Shown: in pieces, positions 37,546 through 42,170 of the stretch | Position numbering within the stretch: position 1 is the stretch's first letter | Layout of the letters: every line of letters begins with the position of its first letter | NCBI GenBank assembly: GCA_031283745.1 | Contig: JAITBH010000044.1 | Coordinates: 1 to 42,170 of the forward strand | Length of the DNA: 42,170 nt | Direction of reading: 5' to 3' | Source: Candidatus Ectomicrobium neotermitis | GTDB taxonomy: Bacteria; Elusimicrobiota; Endomicrobiia; Endomicrobiales; Endomicrobiaceae | Program-made: the position numbers and the translations under genes | Notes under the pieces: generated by a model | Database searches by the model: none | The model's input: only the letters and a program-made list of their open reading frames with translations | What the model was told of the DNA's origin: nothing

Positions 37546-39231
37546 TCACTCATCCTTTGGAATATTTAAATATGCAGCAATTCTTTGAGCAATCCTCTTA
37601 AAAACTGGAGCCGAAATAGACGACGCATAATAATCTCCGACAGGCTCGTCTACTAAAATCAAAATCACAATCTCAGGGTTAGACGCAGGAAACATTCCCG
37701 CAAAAGAGGATATGTAATGTTTTTTTGAATAGGTTTTCGTTGTTGGGTCATACTTCTGGGCTGTTCCAGTTTTTCCTGCAACGGAATAACCAGAAACTTT
37801 TGCAGCTCTGCCTGTGCCTTTCTCAACGACTGCCGTCAAAATTTGCCTCATCTCTTTGACAGTCTCGGAACTGACGACACGGCGGGTTTGTGTTGGAGCA
37901 AAATGTTGAGACAAGCCCTGACCGTCAATCTCTTTAACTATCACTGGTTTCATCAACACGCCGTCATTAGCTAAGACCGAAAAAGCACCGACCATCTGTA
38001 TTGCGGTTACTGCTATGCCCTGACCAAAAGAAGCTGACGGCAAATAAAAATTATCCCACTGCCTAACATCTGAAATTTTTCCGCGGGCTTCACCGGGAAG
38101 CTCTATCCCGCTCAAAGAATAAAAACCAAACTTGCGCATATACATATAAAAGGAGTCCTTGCCGATTTTTTGTGCGATCTTGACCACTCCGATATTTGAG
38201 GACATCGCCATAATGGTTTCAACTGATGCCCTGCCGCTGATTATGTGGTCATCATTTATTCGATGTCCGCCAATTTTCATAGAGCCATTTTCAAGAAAGA
38301 AAGAATCAGTGAGATTTATTTCCCCCATATCTAAAGCTGCTGCAACTACAACGATCTTGAAGGTTGAACCCGGTTCAAACATATCGCTTACGGCATAATT
38401 TCTTAAAGAGGCGAGGCTCATTATTTTTTCTGAGGGCGAAAAATCTGGGAGAGTAACCATTGCTAAAATCTCTCCCGTTTTTGGGTTCTGAACTATGCCG
38501 ACAGCGTTCTTTGCTTTGCTCTGCACAAGGGCTTTTTTTAGCTCTTGCTCAACGATGAATTGGATGTTCATATCTATGGTGAGTTGAACGGTCGAACCAT
38601 TTATATCTGACTTATCTACGATCTCTTCAGAAAGTATCGAGCCTGTCCCATCGCGTTTTTGCTTTAAGCGGACATTAGTTCCGCTGAGATAGCTCTCAAA
38701 TTCCTGCTCCACCCCAGACATCCCTTTTCCGTCGGTGCCGATAACTCCAAGTATGTGGGCGCTCATGCTTCCCTCTGGATACTGCCTTGTATATTTGCTT
38801 TCAAAACCTATACCAGCAACATTTTGCTTTCGAATTTTTTCTACGACATCCTCAGACAAGTTATATGCAACTGGAACATAAGAGTTGTCGCCTAAGGCTT
38901 GTAATGAATTTTGTTTGAAGGTTATGGCGTTGTCGCTCAACACTTTTTTTACTGCCTGAAAATCAGAAATTTTTCTTGCATCAAGAAACACAACATATCG
39001 CCTTATGCTTGTGGCAAGAATTCTTCCGTTTGCGTCTAAAATGTCTCCCCGCTTTGCCTCTTCAATGCTTTCACGTCCTATCAACCTTGAGACCATCTTG
39101 TTTATCGTCGAGGAATAAATGATCTGAACATAACCCAGCCGCAGTATCAGAAGTAGGAAACCCAAGAACACGCAGCCCTTCACGAACTTGATTCTTGCGG
39201 TTGACTTATCGGGAGTTTTCATATGGATCAC
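37546..39231 (-). CDS. ftsI: Division-specific class B PBP
   Basis: N-terminal TM, STFK and KTGT motifs, position after ftsL. The track start at 39231 is a GTG overlapping the ftsL stop; the ATG at 39222 is an alternative. Confidence 0.9.
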   Translation of the reverse strand: MIHMKTPDKSTARIKFVKGCVFLGFLLLILRLGYVQIIYSSTINKMVSRLIGRESIEEAKRGDILDANGRILATSIRRYVVFLDARKISDFQAVKKVLSDNAITFKQNSLQALGDNSYVPVAYNLSEDVVEKIRKQNVAGIGFESKYTRQYPEGSMSAHILGVIGTDGKGMSGVEQEFESYLSGTNVRLKQKRDGTGSILSEEIVDKSDINGSTVQLTIDMNIQFIVEQELKKALVQSKAKNAVGIVQNPKTGEILAMVTLPDFSPSEKIMSLASLRNYAVSDMFEPGSTFKIVVVAAALDMGEINLTDSFFLENGSMKIGGHRINDDHIISGRASVETIMAMSSNIGVVKIAQKIGKDSFYMYMRKFGFYSLSGIELPGEARGKISDVRQWDNFYLPSASFGQGIAVTAIQMVGAFSVLANDGVLMKPVIVKEIDGQGLSQHFAPTQTRRVVSSETVKEMRQILTAVVEKGTGRAAKVSGYSVAGKTGTAQKYDPTTKTYSKKHYISSFAGMFPASNPEIVILILVDEPVGDYYASSISAPVFKRIAQRIAAYLNIPKDE

Positions 39232-39488
39232 AACCTAATGATCGATTGATCAACGGGTCTCTTCAAATTTTTCTCTTCGGAAATCCTGTGCATATTCTCG
39301 GTAGAAAGGCGAGAATCCCTGTTGAATTTCAAAGAATCATTTTCGTCTAATACTTTTTTGAGATGAGAATTTAACTGGCTCACTCGATAATTTAGTTCCT
39401 TTGCATATACCTGTTCCCACAAATACACAAACACGGCAAATATGCATAACCCCAAACACAGATAAAATTTTAATTTTTTCTTTTTCAT
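39228..39488 (-). CDS. ftsL: FtsL-like bitopic division protein
   Basis: 86 aa from the ATG at 39488 (ATGA overlap with the rsmH stop). KKKKLKF, then one TM (YLCLGLCIFAVFVYLW), then a coiled segment. The call rests on position and topology. Confidence 0.6.
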   Translation of the reverse strand: MKKKKLKFYLCLGLCIFAVFVYLWEQVYAKELNYRVSQLNSHLKKVLDENDSLKFNRDSRLSTENMHRISEEKNLKRPVDQSIIRL

Positions 39489-40354
39489 ATTTTTTGAGCA
39501 GCCCTCACCTTTGCACTTCTTGAACGCGGGTTTGTCAACATTTCTTCTGGAGAAGCACAAACAACTTTTTTGGTCAAAACCCTGTAAATGTTTTTTGCAG
39601 CATTGGCACGGAAATCTGTCTTTACAATCCTATCTTCAAGGGAATGGAAACTGATCACTACAATTCGTCCACCTAAAGCCAACAAAGAAGGGGCGGCACT
39701 TAAAAGTTCGTTGAGATTAGAAAGTTCATCATTGACAAAAATTCTTAGCGACTGAAACACCTTTGTGGCGGGATGGATTTTGCCCTCACCCTTTTTTGCA
39801 GCTCGAACAATTTCGGCAAGTTCCCTTCCTGAGTTAATTTTTCCTCTTTGCCGTCTATCGACGACAGCCCGTGCTATTTGTCTTGAAGCTCTTTCTTGGC
39901 CGTAACGATAAAAAATATCGGCAAGATCGCTTTCGCTAAAAGAATTCACAACTTCTTTGGCTGTCAAGGAATTTCGATTATCCATCCTCATATCAAGGAT
40001 GTCGGAGTTAAAAGAAAACCCCCTGTCTAAATCGTCAAACTGTTTTGAGGAGACACCTAAATCCGCCAAAATTCCATCGACTTTGTCTATGTTCAAATGA
40101 GAAAGAACTGCCTTGATATTTTTGAAGTTATCTCTAACAAACAAGACTCTGTTCCCAAAAAGATTTTCTTTTTTGCCAAATTGTTGATTGGAATGTTCGT
40201 CGCAATCTAAGGCGATCACTTTGATGTGGTCATTTTGATCAACTAAGTATTGCGTATGACCGCCTCCGCCGAAAGTAGCGTCTACATATAGACCGTTTGG
40301 ATTGCCGACAAGAAGACAGGAAACATCGGAAGGCATTACCGGAGTGTGATACAT
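39485..40354 (-). CDS. rsmH: 16S rRNA (cytosine1402-N4)-methyltransferase
   Basis: YHTPVM, DATFGGGGHT, ISFHSLEDRIVK. Start moved to the ATG at 40354. Confidence 0.92.
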   Translation of the reverse strand: MYHTPVMPSDVSCLLVGNPNGLYVDATFGGGGHTQYLVDQNDHIKVIALDCDEHSNQQFGKKENLFGNRVLFVRDNFKNIKAVLSHLNIDKVDGILADLGVSSKQFDDLDRGFSFNSDILDMRMDNRNSLTAKEVVNSFSESDLADIFYRYGQERASRQIARAVVDRRQRGKINSGRELAEIVRAAKKGEGKIHPATKVFQSLRIFVNDELSNLNELLSAAPSLLALGGRIVVISFHSLEDRIVKTDFRANAAKNIYRVLTKKVVCASPEEMLTNPRSRSAKVRAAQKI

Positions 40355-40355
40355 A

Positions 40356-40712
40356 TTATTTGAAAAACAGCATTTTGCAGGCAACAACTATTAAGAAAAC
40401 GCCAAAACATTTCTTCAATATGTTCTCAGGCAACGACACGGCAATATGTGAGCTGATAAGCCCACCTAAAATAAAGCCGATACCAATCAAAACCACGACC
40501 TTCAAATCAACATAACCGTTTTTGTAATAGACAAGCATCGAGACGAAACTAAACATTATTATCCCTAAAGATGCCCCTTGTGCTTGATGCTGCCCCATCT
40601 TTAGAAAAATGGTCATCAGCGGAATCAAAATGAGACCGCCGCCGACACCAAACATCCCGCTGAGGATTCCTCCCGCAAATCCTATTGCTGCATAAATTGC
40701 TAACTGTTCCAT
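40356..40712 (-). CDS. Half-size TauE/SafE-family membrane protein (4 predicted TM)
   Basis: 118 aa. GGILSGMFGVGGGLILIPLM is the TauE/SafE signature. Its stop is 1 nt from the rsmH start. Confidence 0.75.
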   Translation of the reverse strand: MEQLAIYAAIGFAGGILSGMFGVGGGLILIPLMTIFLKMGQHQAQGASLGIIMFSFVSMLVYYKNGYVDLKVVVLIGIGFILGGLISSHIAVSLPENILKKCFGVFLIVVACKMLFFK

Positions 40713-40741
40713 TTGTTTTCCTTTTGTTTTGTCTAAAAAGT

Positions 40742-41080
40742 TTTAGCGGACTATACACCGAATTCTGTTCCCTGATAAATCAGGTTGGCAATCATTTCTC
40801 TGCCGTCAAGATCGCTCTTAACGGTCAAGCGGCGCAAAAACCGCCTTGCTTTCCGGTAAGGATTTAGCCGTTTCAATTTCTGCATTTCTGCAAAAACTTA
40901 TCCTCCGATTTTGTCGGGAGGATACTCTTAGAGTCTCCTCTAAGAACGTCTCTGTTCGCACCTCTGAGCTTACGCTCGGCAGGGGTTACCTGCTACCGTT
41001 TTTTTGGCATTTAAGCCAAAGTAAAGTTCGGACTTTCCTCCGCATATCGACGACATATACGGCGATTGCCCGTCCGCTAA
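40742..41080 (-). ncRNA. rnpB: RNase P RNA, bacterial type A
   Basis: On the minus strand: P1 UAGCGGAC pairs with GUCCGCUA. GAGGAAAGUCCGAAC (CR-I), GCAGGUAACCCCUGCC, GUGCGAACAGAGA, GUUAAGAGCGA, and GGGAACAGAAUUCGGUGUAUAGUCCGCU (CR-V) are all colinear with E. coli M1 RNA. Confidence 0.9.
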
Positions 41081-41085
41081 AAATT

Positions 41086-41796
41086 TCATTTTTTCAACAA
41101 TATTCTTGAACACCCATCGCAAAAAACTATCTCGGCACATTTCTGTATTTGGTTAAGAAGCTGAGGCCTTAACATTGTGCCGCAAGCACTGCAGGCATCT
41201 TTTTCAACAAGACAAATTCCCTGACCTCCGCGACCCTCACGAATACGTTCATATTGATCTATAAAGGTTTTGTCTATGAGCTTCTTTTGTTCTTCCCTGC
41301 TCATTTCGATGTTGCTAACTTCTTTTTGCTGGGTTTGAGTTACCTGTTCTATTTGTGCAATTTCATTTTTTACCTTGATCTCAAAATCCTTGAGATCTTT
41401 TTCTGCACTCTTTATAACAATAATTTCCTCATCAATTTTCATCATGGATTCCAGAATTTGATCTTCAATAAGTTCTTTATCGGCTTTAGCTTTTTCTATG
41501 TCGAGGAGGATTGCTTTGTATGCGTCATTTGATTTGACTGAATTGAGTTCTACGGAACGTTTGTTGATGGCTTCTTCTTTTGTGGCGAGGAGTGCTTCTT
41601 TTTCTTTCTTTAGTGAGTTCAAACTGACATAGTTTTTTTTGATGGTTTCGGTTTCAACTTTCTTGTTTTCTAATTCCAATTTCTTTTTTTCTATTTCCAA
41701 TGGAGCGGTTTGTATCTGCTTTTTGAGTTTTCCTATCGCTGTGTCGTATTGCTGCAACTCGTAAAGCGATTCCAAAATCTGTTTTAAGTTTTCCAT
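41086..41796 (-). CDS. COG1579-type coiled-coil protein with a C-terminal C4 zinc ribbon
   Basis: 236 aa from the ATG at 41796 (MENLKQILESLYELQQYD...). A long coiled coil is followed by CSACGTML...CDGCSRIL. The track's 288-aa version runs through tRNA-Val. Confidence 0.8.
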   Translation of the reverse strand: MENLKQILESLYELQQYDTAIGKLKKQIQTAPLEIEKKKLELENKKVETETIKKNYVSLNSLKKEKEALLATKEEAINKRSVELNSVKSNDAYKAILLDIEKAKADKELIEDQILESMMKIDEEIIVIKSAEKDLKDFEIKVKNEIAQIEQVTQTQQKEVSNIEMSREEQKKLIDKTFIDQYERIREGRGGQGICLVEKDACSACGTMLRPQLLNQIQKCAEIVFCDGCSRILLKK

Positions 41797-41831
41797 TGAA
41801 TTTTCCTTTTTTATGCACTCTTTTGGCTGAT

Positions 41832-41903
41832 TGGGTAGTGCAGGATTTGAACCTGCGACCGCTCGCGTGTGAGGCGAGTGCTCTTCCGCTGAGCTAACTA
41901 CCC
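41832..41903 (-). tRNA. tRNA-Val (anticodon CAC)
   Basis: A hand-folded cloverleaf has all four stems Watson-Crick paired. Anticodon loop CUCACAC. T-loop GGUUCAAAUCC. No encoded CCA. Confidence 0.93.
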
Positions 41904-41911
41904 ATAACATT

Positions 41912-41938
41912 AAAAAAACCCGCCTCAATTGCGGGTTT
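41912..41938 (-). terminator. Intrinsic terminator between the two tRNA genes
   Basis: On the minus strand: aaacccgc aattgag gcgggttt followed by UUUUUAAUG. Confidence 0.7.
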
Positions 41939-41952
41939 ATATCACTTCTCAT

Positions 41953-42026
41953 TGGGCCTGGTAGGACTTGAACCTACGACCATTCGATTATGAGTCGAGT
42001 GCTCTAACCAACTGAGCTACAGGCCC
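41953..42026 (-). tRNA. Elongator-type tRNA with CAU anticodon (Met, or Ile2 if lysidinylated)
   Basis: Cloverleaf GGGCCUG/CAGGCCC acceptor stem, loop CUCAUAA, T-loop GGUUCAAGUCC. A G1-C72 pair and the absence of GGG/CCC in the anticodon stem argue against an initiator. Confidence 0.9.
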
Positions 42027-42048
42027 GCTCCTGCTTTAAGATGGGGCG

Positions 42049-42077
42049 ATTATAACACAATGACCATTCTGAGTCAA
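42049..42077 (-). promoter_or_regulatory. Near-consensus sigma70 promoter TTGACT-17-TATAAT for the tRNA genes
   Basis: On the minus strand: TTGACT at 42077-42072 and TATAAT at 42054-42049, followed by the GC-rich discriminator CGCCCC about 20 nt before the tRNA 5' end. Confidence 0.65.
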
Positions 42078-42085
42078 AAACCGAG

Positions 42086-42138
42086 TTATCCACAGAAAAC
42101 TCTCAAAAATGTCCCCAAAAAATACCTATTTATCAACA
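42086..42138 (+). promoter_or_regulatory. DnaA-box-like sites (one perfect TTATCCACA, one TTATCAACA)
   Basis: TTATCCACA at 42086-42094 and TTATCAACA at 42130-42138, plus a looser TTATTCCACA at 42149-42158. All lie in non-coding sequence at the window edge. Confidence 0.4.
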
Positions 42139-42170
42139 GAAATTCGGCTTATTCCACAATTATCTCAATT

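Noticed and set aside
41797-41952. The N-terminal 52 codons of the 288-aa track ORF (MRSDINPQLRRVFLMLWVVSSAEEHSPHTRAVAGSNPALP...).
   Set aside because: This stretch is the reverse read-through of tRNA-Val and the inter-tRNA terminator. The real CDS starts at the ATG at 41796, which has its own AAGGAAAA RBS.
41953-42026. tRNA(CAU) as the initiator tRNA-fMet.
   Set aside because: It has a paired 1-72 position and lacks the three consecutive G-C pairs in the anticodon stem. It is an elongator Met or Ile2, which cannot be distinguished by eye.

Overview
This is a 42.2 kb chromosomal core region with 37 of 39 genes on the minus strand. I found no CRISPR array, transposase, integrase, phage gene or recognisable defence gene. 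I cannot point to a clear novel multi-gene system; the findings below are smaller anomalies.

Gene content, left to right:
- A large Pmp-repeat autotransporter gene. It is absent from the ORF track because it has a TTG start and runs off the left edge.
- A sugar/PTS operon read right to left: a degenerate NagE/PtsG-like EIICB, then nagB, mtlA-type EIICB, fruK, a SorE-like Zn-dehydrogenase, and ptsI.
- An SPFH/prohibitin gene.
- The only plus-strand genes, pgi and mgsA.
- A chitobiose-type cluster (chbC, chbG, chbF, chbA), followed by cdd.
- A glycerol/dihydroxyacetone block: dhaKLM, glpK, glpF, a GlpA-like dehydrogenase, and a fused GlpB-like/DUF1667 protein.
- An aldehyde dehydrogenase and a class A PBP.
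- A dcw cluster (rsmH, ftsL, ftsI, murE, murF, mraY, murD, ftsW, murG) that has no mraZ and is preceded by a half-size TauE-like gene.
- A type-A RNase P RNA (not in the ORF track), a COG1579 zinc-ribbon gene, and two tRNAs.
- A near-consensus promoter and DnaA-box-like sites at the right edge.

The items I consider most worth follow-up:
1. The EIICB upstream of nagB has lost its phospho-Cys, both catalytic Arg residues, the GLHH histidines and the GITE glutamate.
2. A strongly signalled 32-codon basic ORF with its own terminator sits directly in front of dhaK.
3. The mannitol-family PTS module is paired with fruK and a SorE-like dehydrogenase instead of mtlD.
4. rnpB lies between protein genes with no terminator on either side.

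All homology calls come from reading the translations by eye against remembered family signatures. No searches were run.
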